From positions 198,400,001 to 198,464,000 of the forward strand of contig JBITNC010000001.1 of NCBI GenBank assembly GCA_050084985.1: a stretch of 64,000 nt of DNA, in the 5' to 3' direction. How positions within the stretch are numbered: position 1 is the first letter of the stretch; each line of letters opens with the position of its first letter. This document shows positions 41,401 through 53,600 of this stretch, piece by piece. This DNA comes from Nageia nagi. Lineage: Eukaryota > Plantae > Pinophyta. The notes beneath the pieces are model-generated. The model had not been told where the DNA came from, ran no database searches, and worked only from the letters and a program-made list of their open reading frames with translations. The translations under genes were made by a program, and so were the position numbers.

Positions 41401-42258
41401 CTGCATGAGCAATTCCTCCCATAGGGTACATAAAAATCATCAATGACTTCATAATCACCAAAACTAACCTTCACTTGTTTGAATACATGGTCATGAACTG
41501 AAATTTACCCGTTAGCATTAGCCACTCTAAAACCTGAAAATTTTTCTGTTTTAAAGTTTTTCTTTTGCTACAAAGTCAACATTAATGAAATCGAAGATTG
41601 CTAATGAGCATAATCACTCATTTTCTATTATTCTTCCCTTGAATTTTATAGTCATATATTTGGACACACCTATTGTAGTGGCAATGGTGTTGCTGACATC
41701 ATCTTCTATGTCTTGGGATGGCTCTAAAAATGGTTGTTCCATCACAAACTCGACAAAATCAATTTGCACAAATTATGTTTTAGACTCTTGTTCATCATCA
41801 ATCAACTCACTAATTGAAATTTCCCTTTGCCTTGGCAACGATGACCCGGTTCCCATGGTTTTTTGCATTAAAAACATAGCCCTTTCTTCCTGAATATAAT
41901 GTCCCCATTTTAACGGTGTTTTCCCCATTTCACCACTAATAAATGGGAACATTAGATTGTGAGTAATTTTCTTATTTTGGGTGTTATTTGGCCAATTATT
42001 GTAAGTTCCACTAAGAGACTAGTTAATTGTTCTAATTATGGAATGTTAGGCCCTTATTTAGTTCATTATGTATAGTTGAGCACCTTAATATGCCAATAAT
42101 ATTGTATTTATGATACCAAGGCCATTATCATTGTAAATGCAATATTAGTCTCCAATAATGAGGCGTTGCATATTTCTAGCATTGATGATTGTAATATTGG
42201 CATTAGATGGTCTTCTTGTTATTAATGCTCCCCTCTTCAAGGTAGAACAGCCTCCTAG
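38427..42258 (-). pseudogene. Ty3/gypsy chromovirus A pol and partial gag (PR-RT-RH-INT-chromodomain), cut in gag by the Tat element
   Basis: RT FSKIDLRSNYHHIR...VFFDDILIY; INT SMDFITNLPK, SDRD, YHPQIDGQT; GPY-like FYGHYKV; chromodomain EYLIKWNDFPMDDATWE. Confidence 0.95.
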
Positions 42259-45200
42259 TGTTGTGCCTACACAACACCCTTCACAAATTTGCATTTTCGA
42301 GGACCCTCATTGTACTGAAACGTAAAGGCATGAAAGAATTTTTTTTAAGAAAATGCATGCATTGTAGGCCTAACGAGGGAAAACATGACAAATTTGCATC
42401 TTCATGATAAACACAAGTCAAAATTCATTATTTAATTTGTGGCACACGTTTTAAGGGACATGCTTTTGCATGTGCCATGAAGCATGCACCCTCCTTTATC
42501 TTGCTCATTTCCAATCAAGTCTTACATTTTCAGCTTTAAACTGCATCATTCATGCCCATCTCACTTGGCATTTTTGTGAAAATTGCATCCCCTCCATTGC
42601 ATTCCATTAAAGAGGGCCATTTTGAAGGAAAAATTGCATTTTTGTGCCTAAGCACGTGCATGCACCCAAAACCCAAATAGGTGCACCTTGGGTAGATGAG
42701 GTCTTTCAACACTTAAAAAACTTTCAGGAAAACTATCAAAATGGCTTGAGCGCATGGTTTTTGGCACATGCTTTTGCATGTACCTGAAATGGTATGCCCT
42801 TGGTAGAAACAACATTTTCAGTACTTAGTCATTTTCGGAGAAAATTGGTGAAATCGGCTAAGCGCAAGGATTTGGGGACATGCTTTTGCATGCACCCAAA
42901 AAGTTGCGCCTAGTTTCAGGAGTAAGTTTTGGCTAAGTGTTGATTTTGGACGTCTACTATGAAGGAGACAGGTGTGTTCACATTGGACCTTCACTTGCAC
43001 CAAACATTGCATGACACCTGCCCACTCCAACAAGTCTATAAAAGGAAGGTTAGCTCCAGCATTTAGTTAGTTTGGTCAAATTCGAAGCATTGTGCAGTGC
43101 TATGTCCAGAAAGCACATCCCCTAAATGATGTGCCCTATTCTAGATAATGATTTTCAAGGTCATTTTCATTAAATATCAATTTGTTGCATTGGAAAGTGC
43201 ACCAAGGGATTGTGCACATGGTTTTTAGAGCATGCTTAGGCACTCATCCGAAATGGTGCACCAACTTCTAGACATCCTAGCCCATGAGCATTTTTTTTTA
43301 CTAAGTATAGGATCTTGTGAAGAGTCCCAAGCGCATGTTTTCTGGCACATGCTTTTCCACTCCTCCAAATTGGTGCACCCAAAATCTTGGAGCATTTTCA
43401 AGTTAATTATTTCGAGGTGCCTGCTTGGGTAGGCACAAGGATTCTAGGACATGCTTTTGCACCCCTCCCAAAAGGTGCGACCAAGTTGCAAGAGCTTTTA
43501 GGTGTAATGAAAATTCGCTAAGTCCTTTTGTGCATCAAGTTGGTTGGCGCATGCAATCCGAGACATGCCTTCGCACATACTATAATCCATGCGCCCATCA
43601 TTCTGGCTCCGTCATTTGACCTCATCTCGAGCCAACCAAGAGGTGACACATGGCATGTTTGAACGCTATATATATCAAGTCACCCCTTGCATCATTTTAT
43701 CTCTTCATTTCATTTTGGACCAACTCTCCCAATTGCACCATTTCTGGAACATGCTTAAGAACTCATCTAAATTGGTGCGCCCAAGAGAAATAAGGATTTG
43801 AGAAGGTGCCTGTGCTGCCAGTAGCCATTTTTGAGAGGGTGAGCTGGATCTTAGGGTACTTTTTCTATAGTTCACTTTGCATCTTTTTGATAAAGCTTAC
43901 CCTAAATTGACCTATGCACATGCTATCTCACTAGTGCTCCAAGGGCTCATACGAAATGGTGTGCCCAAGTGCAGATCCAGGATTTTGGCTAAGTATACAT
44001 GATTATCAGGTGCATTCATTCTCTTTTCAGTTGTGCATGAAAATTTGACGCACATGCTTTGTGGAACATGAAAAAGCACATGCCCAAATCCTTGCACTGT
44101 AGCATGATGATCCATAATTTAAAAGATTAAATTTTAACTTTAATCCTTCCTGAGGATCAATTCACACTTAATTAAATTAAATGCTTACTACTTGAAGATT
44201 TAGAGAATTAGAAATGGAACCATGTGCAAAACCAAAGAAGAACAAAATTCACACCACATAGAGACAATACAATTACGTTGGTTCACCCGATGTGGGCTAC
44301 ATCCAACAACAAAAGCTCTCTTCAATCAGTGGGTGAAATGGTGTACAATGACCTCCACAATCTTTTAGCACCTCTTCTCACATTCACACAAACACCACAA
44401 CTTTGAAACACATAGAAAATTGCACTCCAACTCACCACAATTCTTCTCCTCGAAACATTTCCAAATTGCCTCCTTTTTATAAAAGAAAGATAGGCTCAAA
44501 TTTGGAGTGTTTCAAAAGTGTCGAAAAGAGGACAATGAGCTCTACAACATTATGTAATAAAATTAACAAAAAGAGCAACTTGAAAAATTACTTTTTTTTT
44601 ATTCTTTTTTTCCTTTTGTATTTTTTAATAAAAAAAATCCAAACTTAGAAATCACGTATCTTCCTCAAACTGAATCAGATTGTTGATCTCGAACAAGCGT
44701 CATGAAGTTGAAGAAGAACTGAACACAATGATCTAGAGCATGTTGAATATTAGGAGGATCCAACTTTTGGATCATATGAAGTGGTAATCTGGCCTTTCAA
44801 AGTAGAAAATTGTTGCCCTAAATTTGATTAAGTAATGTGTTTGCCCATCAAAGGAGTAGTCGAATGTTTTTCAAGCAATGAAAAAGCACGTGAGCTGAAA
44901 TTGTCTAAGCGTGGAAGAAGCTAGGAGTTGAAAGACTAAGAAGACAAGTGGCATACATGTAGTGTGCCATGCATAAACACTCCATGCAACTTTCTATAAG
45001 AGAGCAATCCCAGCTCAATTTTGCAAGACATTTTTGTAGCTTGGACCTGTATGTCTGGCCATTTTTTCTGCATTCTTTGAGACACATTCAATTTGGTGCT
45101 TGGTCATTCTTGGGGGATCCTCGACCAGAATTCCAATTTCTTTTTTTGTAGTTTCTACACAGTTTTCATATTTTAAAGATGACTTTTAAGGTGAGGCCTT

Positions 45201-48200
45201 CCCCATCTAAGACAAGAAAGATTCAGGGGCAACTTTTTGAAAGACATGTCACATATGATCAAATGGAAAGGATTTTGAGGGAAAGTCAAATAGAGTTCCA
45301 AGAAAGAGAAAAACTAGAGCTCCTTGAAGCCAAATTCAATGAGAGATTCGTCCTCGTTGGAGATACAAATTGAGAAAACATTGACACCATCCAGACCATA
45401 GCCTCCACTACCTCCATCAACAAGGACTTATTGAATGAAATTATCCCTTCTTGCGGGTTGTTTAATGCCACTATGATGCCTTTTGCAATTTCATTTTCTG
45501 AGTTGTGCTATGAAGTTTCTAAATGCTGCAAATAGGACAAAAGAGTTCTCTTGGACACCGAAGGAAACGTGATAATGGACTTCTCTCTGGAAGAGATTGA
45601 AGCCGCCTTTGGCTAGAGAAGATACAAGGATGATTATACATTGGTCAATTTAGAAGAATTCCATGATTCCACTGCCCGGCCTTGGGATTATATCAGAAGA
45701 TGGTTGTATGAAGACTACCAGAGTATCCAAAGCCAAAGATTGATTAGCGCTCGTAGGGAGGAATTCCTTCCCACAGTTGCTAAGTTGATCACTTTGTTGT
45801 CCAGAGTCACATGTCAGAAAAATGACTCTAAGTACAGGAAGAAGTTCATTGAATTCATCTCCATGATCAACTTAGGGAGAGCCATCCGATGGAGCAGGGT
45901 AATCAGTGATGCCTTGCACCACCAACTAGCCTACTTTGGCTCTTCCAAGAGGTTCTACATGAGCTCATATCTTGTGTACCTGGTGTTGCATGGCAAACTT
46001 AGATCAAGGGAGCTTGCAGATGAGAGATACCTATACATGAAAGGCATCCTAGTATGGCAAATCTATCCGAAGTGGTGGTATCATAATAAATTCAAGCATT
46101 TCTATGAAAGAAACAATCAGTGGGAGTACGCCATTTAAAAGGAAATTAAGGGAGAATCACTAGTCAAGAGGATCTCTGATGCTGTTTTTCAAGCCATCAA
46201 TGTGCACACAGACTTCCATCTGCAGTATACTGATCATACTTACATCAAGGTCTATGGCTCTAAAAAACAACCCCTACTCCTGCCCAGGTATGCCAATGAT
46301 AGAATGATTCTCATGGAATTTGCCAGACAATTATTATTTTTGAAGGAACGAGTGTGGAGAAAGGAGGACACAACCATTAACTTGCCCATTTCTATCGCAA
46401 GTTATGTTTGCCAAACTTGGGTTGAGGCTAATAATATGAAGAAGGAGCTGCAGCAGCACGTCTTCTTCAAGAAGATGGAAACAAGAAACTATGATCCCAG
46501 GGGTGTTATTGCCCATTTCTACAATACCGCATTCCAAAAACATGTTTACAAGTATAAGTCTTTGGGAAATGTGGAAAAGTATAGAAATGTATGAGATGAG
46601 GATGAGATAGCGAGGATAGATGCTCTTTTGAGTAGGAATAAGGCTCCCCTTTAGGTAGAAAAGGCACATCAGAGACTTAGAACTATGAAGGAAAGACCTA
46701 AAGAAGTCCCATTGAGGATCAAAACATCCCCTCCTACAAGCGCTGCATCTTTGCAAGCCAAGACATCCTTTTTTCCGATTGGGAAAAGACAAGGAGCATC
46801 AAGGGAGCACGCCTCAAGACCTAGTAAATGCAGTGTGATGGTTGATGTAGCAAGGAAAATCCAGCAGGTGGTGGTTGATCTTAGGGACGTTGGTTACCAT
46901 ACTATCCCCTTGAGTATGTTGGAGGAAGCTTGTGCCAATTATTCCCTTGTTGAAGAAATGCCATCTAGACCCACTCGTCCTCTTGGATGTGGAGAGAAAG
47001 TTCTCCCACTGCAACTAAGTTAAAGTTCTTCTGAACACTCCACTTCTTCTTCTGATGAGGAAAGTGATGAAGAATTTAACGATACTGAAGAAGGCTCAGA
47101 AGAAGAAACAAAGAGCTAGGAGAATGATAAAAAGAGTCGTGTTGAAAAAGAAGAAGAAGATGATGCAGATGATGTTGCTGATGAAGAGTATCTTGGACAA
47201 GAAAATGTAGCCATAAGTGCTTCTGCACCTGATGAGAAGGAGATTGAAACTCTCCCGGACGATGATGATGACCATATTGTAGACGTTGGGACTTATGATG
47301 AAGAAGTCTAGATTGTTGGAGTGAAGTAAGCCAAAGAGGTGGGTTCTTCCAAACCCTCTCCCACTGAACATAAAAGGAGGTCACCCTCATCCTCTCAGAT
47401 GCCCTCTGTGAAGAGCACTAGCAATGAGAGATCCCCTCAGCCACGCAAGAAAGGTTTATCAATAGGTGTTGATGGTGGAGATGAAGAAGATGTAGAGGAG
47501 ACCGAGGAATAGAAGAAGAAGAAAAAGCAAGATGAGCACCAAGGTAAGAAGGTTGCCCTTGTTCAAGCCACTCCAACCAAAGAAGTCAAGAAGATCAGTA
47601 AAAGCCAGGTGTTGGTGTAGAGGCTTCCTCCCAAGCCAACAACCGAAAATCTAGATCTTGACTTAGATGCCTACCTTAGAGCCTTGAGCATGAGTACAAC
47701 TCATGACGAAGAGATTGTTCAAGAATTGATATTTGAGGATGAAGAAGAGGAGCTCTCCGATGGTGAAAAAGTTAGAAGAGTAGACACTTTTGTCTCCACT
47801 ATAAGAAAGGAGATCTCCATCAGTCATTGTTACTCAAAGGAGAAACATCCCAAAAGACCTGAGGATTGTATGATTGAGACATTCAAGATGAATATCAAGC
47901 TAGGTCTAACATCCCAAGAACATTTTGTTACCCAAAATGCTGCTATCATGGAACAAGAAGGCTATGAAGCCAAGAAGGAAGTGAGAAGACTCAAGAAGGA
48001 ACTCACGACCAGTAGGAAAATCATCAAAGAGTTCCAAATTGTTAGCACCACCCCTATTGAGTTGAAGAAGCAAGCCTCATTCCATGTAGGATGGGAGTTA
48101 ATGAAGGACCAATTGAAGAAGGAGATGATGGAGACAATTGAGAAGTTATCTTCTCAAATATATAGCCTCATTGAAGAAGGTGTCAAGATCTAGAAACTGA

Positions 48201-50185
48201 AGTCCCAAATAATAGCCCTCCTCGAGAAGTTGGATGGTCATCTCCCAAACATCACCCATCTACAGCAACTCTTTCCTGTCAGACTTGAGAAGTTAGTTTA
48301 CAGCCACGAATTCTTGTATCAGCACGATTGGCTGAAGCATGCACTCGAGAAGTGTCATGTTGTTCTGAAAGTCATAATCCCTTTGAGAAAGGAGATAAAG
48401 GAGCAGATGAGCAGATATGTATACCATCTCAAGTTTCAAGGGGAAGACAACATGTGTAGGAAGGAAGCAGTATTGGCATAGGCTCAAAATATGATTCAGG
48501 AGCATATTTAGGTTGAGGACCTCCGTTTACTGAAGGTAGGGCATCCCATCTTCCATGAGAGGCAGATGGTCATCTGAAGATTTCAGATAGTAGCTACGTT
48601 CAAGAAAATTGGAGACTACTTCAGATAGAATGGCAGCATCATTGGCATGGTTTCCAGGGAAGTACGGAAGACCGTAGCATTCTTGGAGGAGACCATTGAG
48701 TCATACGATCTCACCAACAAGGAGTGGAACTTTGTTGGTACCAGATCAGATCTTGCCTAGATTTGATCCACTCACAAATTGTCTTTGATTATATTTTCTT
48801 TGTTTAATGCATATTGACGGTGGTTGTTGTTAAGTTCAGACTTCATTTACTTGATTTGATTGGTGTAGAGATGAGCTTTTGCTCCCAACAGATCAAATCT
48901 GTTAGACTCATTAATGGCTCTAACTGGTGCAGGGATGAGGTTTTGCTCCCGTTGGTTCAGATTCCAAACATTTATTACATATATAATTTTCTTTTTCATA
49001 GATTAGATGTATTACGACTGTGGCATTTATATTTTGTTAGTCTTTTAAATGCCACTTGCAAAGTTTTTGTGAACAATCAGATTTTATATTGATATGTGTG
49101 TTGCATACGTCACACCATATCATATTTGATGCATTTAGGGCAACACTTCTAGTGGCCTATTTATACCCCATTCAGGCCATTTAGAAGAGGATTTTTGCAT
49201 TTGCAAAACTGGAGGATTTTGGATATGTGCCATTTCCGCATAATATTGATTACATATGAAGATTTTGCATATATGTGGTTTTGCATATGAAAGATTTCAA
49301 CATTCCATTGCATGAGAATTTGTTGCATAAGGGCTTCTTTGCATAGCGTGGTTGCATATTGTTACATCTTTGGTGCATTCTGAATATGATATTAAGGGCA
49401 CTGCAATCAAGTAAGTAATGTTTCTATTTATATTATTGAATATCATTGAGATTTTTGATTTCTTTCTGGAATGGTTCTATAAAGTAAATGTTATGAAGAC
49501 TATCATTTGTGGGATCATGCATCTTCTCCTATAAGATTTTCTTGCTGGTTTGGATAGTTTTTACTACTTAAGTGCATTCTCTTTCAAAATTGTGAGTTTT
49601 AAGAGAAGATGGTTGAATATTTTTTGAAGTGGTATAAATTATTCATTGTATGATTTGCACATAAGTGGATGTATTCTGGGGCGTATAGCTTATCTCTATT
49701 TCATTTAGTTAGATTCATGTATTCACATGTTGATCATTTCCCATCACCCCTTTCAATCTAGTCTTCCATCAAAGACCCTATAGCTTCCTGCTCTCGTCTT
49801 GTAGTAACTTGAGCCTTTTGCTATTTACTGCTCGACTTGATAAGTGAATACATTTTCTTAAAGAATCTGGAGATGACCTGCCAGGACACTGCATCACTGA
49901 TGATATCTTCATAAGTTCATTTTTCATATTCCTATGCATTTATCCTTGCATTTGTGATCTTTCTTCGCTTTCGTTCACATTTGCAATTTTTCTTCTTTGT
50001 GGAAACGAATCTCGATGTGTATTTCCCTTGTATATGGTTAACAACATGCATATCTGACCACTGTGCCCTAGTCCATATTCCATGTGAGCGCTTGGGGTAA
50101 CTAGTCCTTTTAGGCGAAAACAAGTAACGTTGTTTCCTCCAAGTCTCGTGCATGTTTTGGGTGAGGAAAGAAAAACATACCAACA
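42259..50185 (+). repeat. Putative very long (~7.9 kb) 5' LTR of the Tat element
   Basis: Starts TGTTGTGC, and the same start recurs at 61751 after the integrase. 42259-~44330 is collinear with 61751-64000. Ends CAACA at 50185 (alternative end ~50193), just before a PBS. Only the first ~2 kb can be confirmed against the second copy. Confidence 0.65.
45179..48760 (+). pseudogene. Large accessory ORF (~1,190 codons) of unknown function, broken only by in-frame stops
   Basis: ORFs starting at 45179, 45641, 46202, 46685, 47684 and 48230 are all in one frame. The intervening sequence reads as D/E-rich protein (SSSDEESDEEFNDTEEGSEEE; EEEDDADDVADEE), then KKKKKQ, then a coiled-coil-like C-terminus. 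Confidence 0.85.
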
Positions 50186-50196
50186 TAAGACCGTTT

Positions 50197-50213
50197 TGGC
50201 GCTAGAAGGAGGG
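50197..50213 (+). promoter_or_regulatory. PBS-like site of Tat type
   Basis: TGGCGCTAGAAGGAGGG between the LTR end and gag. The cognate primer RNA was not determined. Confidence 0.75.
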
Positions 50214-50607
50214 CTCCATCGGGTTCCTTTCCCTTTCCTTTTTTATTTACTTTTTAACCTTTTATCTTATTTTTCTTTTTCTTTTTCTTTTTTTTTTTAA
50301 CAAATTGGAACCATTCCCATCAAGTTCCAACCTATTTAGTTCAAGCCTATTTGACTCCTCCCCTCAGGTCTACATCCGTTCCAGGAGAGCCACTAAAACT
50401 GTCGCTTTAGCTGCTCAGATCTCACATTTGACAAACGATACGGACCTAGCCGATTCAGTCTCTAGGAGTACGATATTCCTCAGTCGAAAGGGTCTGATTC
50501 TCCAAACTTTAGGACCAGTGCCTCATACAAATACCACTTTTCAAACCGTCTCTAATATACCTATTGTTCCTAGTCCTTTACTTATTATCCAAATCCCTAT
50601 CCAAACA

Positions 50608-53600
50608 ATGGCTCAGCCTGTACCAACGATGCCTTGGTGACAAGGGACACCTATCAATGTTCCAGGTACCCAACATGCCATGCCAAAGAATGCTTCTTAG
50701 AATATCACCAAGTTCAAGGCAGATGGCATGAGAATGATCGAAGAGCACATCAACTTGTATAAGGATGCTATGGTTTGGTTGAACATTACTCATGAAGACG
50801 TGGCTTGCAGACTTTTCTCTCTCTTATTAGACGATCAAGCCCTCGACTAGTACGTTAGCATCCCTCATGGTTCTATCACTTCATGGGACCAATTGCAGGC
50901 AACTTTTTACAATTAGTTTAGGATGTCTATCGACTTATATGTGTTGTACCATCAATTTGCTTCAACGAAGCAGTAGCCTGGAGATCCTATTCGTGTGTTC
51001 AATACTAGATTCCAAAAGGTTTACTCTAGATTGGTACCCCCAATTAATGTTAATCAAGATGTAGCTTTGCAAGTCTACTTCAGGGCTTTGAATCCTTTGA
51101 TCTATACCTTTGCCCATAGAGAAGGTAATATCACAACACTAGCAGAGGCTTATGTAGAAGCCGTAAAAGTTGAACAACAATTCTCACCCCAGCCTCTTGC
51201 TATAAATCCACTCGGCAGCACCCTACTTGCACTTCACTATCCTAATCCTCTTGATTATGCTTCCAGTTTACAAAATGTGAATGGTTTAACATTGTCAAGT
51301 CTCCTCATGACTTCAAACACCATTCACCATAATCCTATGTTATCCTATTACCCGTAATTACAAGCCATTGTTACCAATACTACTAATGCCTTGGCCATTG
51401 CTCCCATCATCTCTACAATGTTGTCTTTACCTTCTGCTGCTAGTTTTAATCCTTGTCTGTCATTCTTTCCTGATGAAATTCCTGAAGCCTCGACAGCTTC
51501 CAATAGTCCCATCAGTGACCCTAACAAGAATGAAGCGATGGCAAATTTTGGAAAGATTGATGCAACAAATGAGCAATGACATCAAGGAGATTAAGAGGAA
51601 CTAAGACAATCAAGGTCAGCATGCTCAGAACGATTGGCCCAAAGCCCATAACTTTCAAAGATCCAATAGATATTGAAACATTGCTGCACATAACAGCAGG
51701 GTACCCAACCCGATTTTCAAAAATATCAACAACGTCAATCAAGTCCACAATGTTGACATCCCCATTATGTTGATTTGTAACTAGTACAAAATTCATTCCA
51801 CTAAGACACATAATGAAACAAATTGTCCCGAGTTCAAGACAACTCTGAATGTATTTCATCAAGAAATACAGAATATGGAGATTGTCCCTATAGATGCTCC
51901 TCTTGCTCATCAGTTCGACCAAGTGATGCTCAATGAGATAACTGATGTCAAAGCTGAAGCTGATACAGAGACATCTAGCTCAAATGATGAAGTGTATACT
52001 ACTCAACAACTCTTCCCTGAAGAGGAAACTCCTCTTGTAATGCTCACAAAAGAAGTTTACTTTGCACACCTGATGCTAGCTCAACCTGCCTACAACTTTC
52101 AGAGAAGAGAAAAATCTCCCATGACCACATATACTCCTTCGAACAATTTGCTCACATCCTCTGGATTCGACTTCTCCATTCAATCCTCCTCCTCTTACTC
52201 ATCTAGCGCCACAATTCAAGAATGTCTATGTTCACTGAGGGGAGGCATCTTCTTCCACTGCTCCATCAACGCACGAACCTGCACGAGCAGAACAATCCCA
52301 AGAGCAAATCTTGGATAAGAAGGTGATTGAAGAAGGTCCCCACACTTCATCTTACAACCTCGTTGAAGAATTGAAAAAGACCAAGTCAAAAGCTTTTGTG
52401 TACGATGTAATCCATATGGATAAATAGTAGTGCCTATCAAGGAGTTGAACGAATTTACCTCCAAGACTAAGCAGAAATGGGTGCCCAAGGCTACTAGGGC
52501 ATCCAAACCCATAGAGGTGAAGACCTTGCTCATGTACAAAGGCAAAGAAAAGGAGTCAACACTATTTCTTTTGACACTAAGGATTGTGGGCAAGAACCTG
52601 CATAATTGCATGGTGGACTCTGGTGCGGCTGGAAATGTCATGCCATATGAAGTCTGTAACCAACTGAGCCTTCCCCTCATAGATAGTCCTAAAAAGGTCA
52701 CTCAGCTGGACAAGACTAAATTCAAGGTGATCAGATGCTTCCGAACATGCATATTCAAGTAGCTTCCAAGCCTCGAGTGCAACAATACACTGATATCCAA
52801 GTAGTGGATATTCCAGATTCATATGGGATTCTATTGAGTAGAGATTGGTTGAAGAAACTAAACAAATATATTTCTATTGACTTCTCCCATATGTGGCTTC
52901 CCTAGAAGGGGCAACTGAACCAGATTAGAATAAACAACAACCCTCGCCTGAAGGAGATGATCATAGATTACAACAATTTGAATGAGGTTCATTTTGCACA
53001 AGAGGAGTTGGGCATATACACCATAGACGTTATTGCTGATAAAGGTGGTTCCTGCGTGAAGATGGAAGAATATCATCAGACCCCTTTGTATCTCAATCAT
53101 TTGAAGAGAAATCCATGCTCGGACAATTTGAAATTCACAAGACCAGAAGCTCTAGGTTTAGAGCCTCTAGAAGAAAAGTTTCATTGGATGAAGCACGAAG
53201 CTGAAAACCAGTTGGTTAAGCTTGAAAAAGCCGAGTACTTGGTCTCTGAAGATCAAGACCCTGAAAAGAAGGATGTCGGTGTTGACATCAAAGATAAAGA
53301 GATTTTAGAAAACATGCAGAAACATAACCGATTATTGAAAGGAGAGAGCTCACATCCTCCTCCTACCGAAAGTTCTAAAAGAGATATCCCACTTGAAGGA
53401 GTTGATCCTACTAGAAAAGACCAATTTTGAGTCCTCAAGTTCAATGAATCTAAGTCTAGGCTTGGAAGTGGAGCCGATGTCAATCTACAGAATCCAAATG
53501 GAAAGAGGTATCAGGCCTCATTTCGGCTCCAATTCACATGCACATGTTATTCAGCCAAATATGAAGCCCTAGTTCTCGGATTGAAGATGGCTCTCCGAAA

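Noticed and set aside
42818-44115. Short ORFs in the LTR (also 61978-63471)
   Set aside because: No recognisable motifs, and they recur only because the LTR is duplicated.
46334-47390. Minus-strand ORFs 46334-46792, 47076-47390 and 47096-47371
   Set aside because: They are antisense shadows of the plus-strand accessory ORF and its low-complexity GAA/GAT tract.
45179-48760. env-like gene interpretation of the accessory ORF
   Set aside because: No evident signal peptide or transmembrane helix; the composition is acidic, basic and coiled-coil-like.
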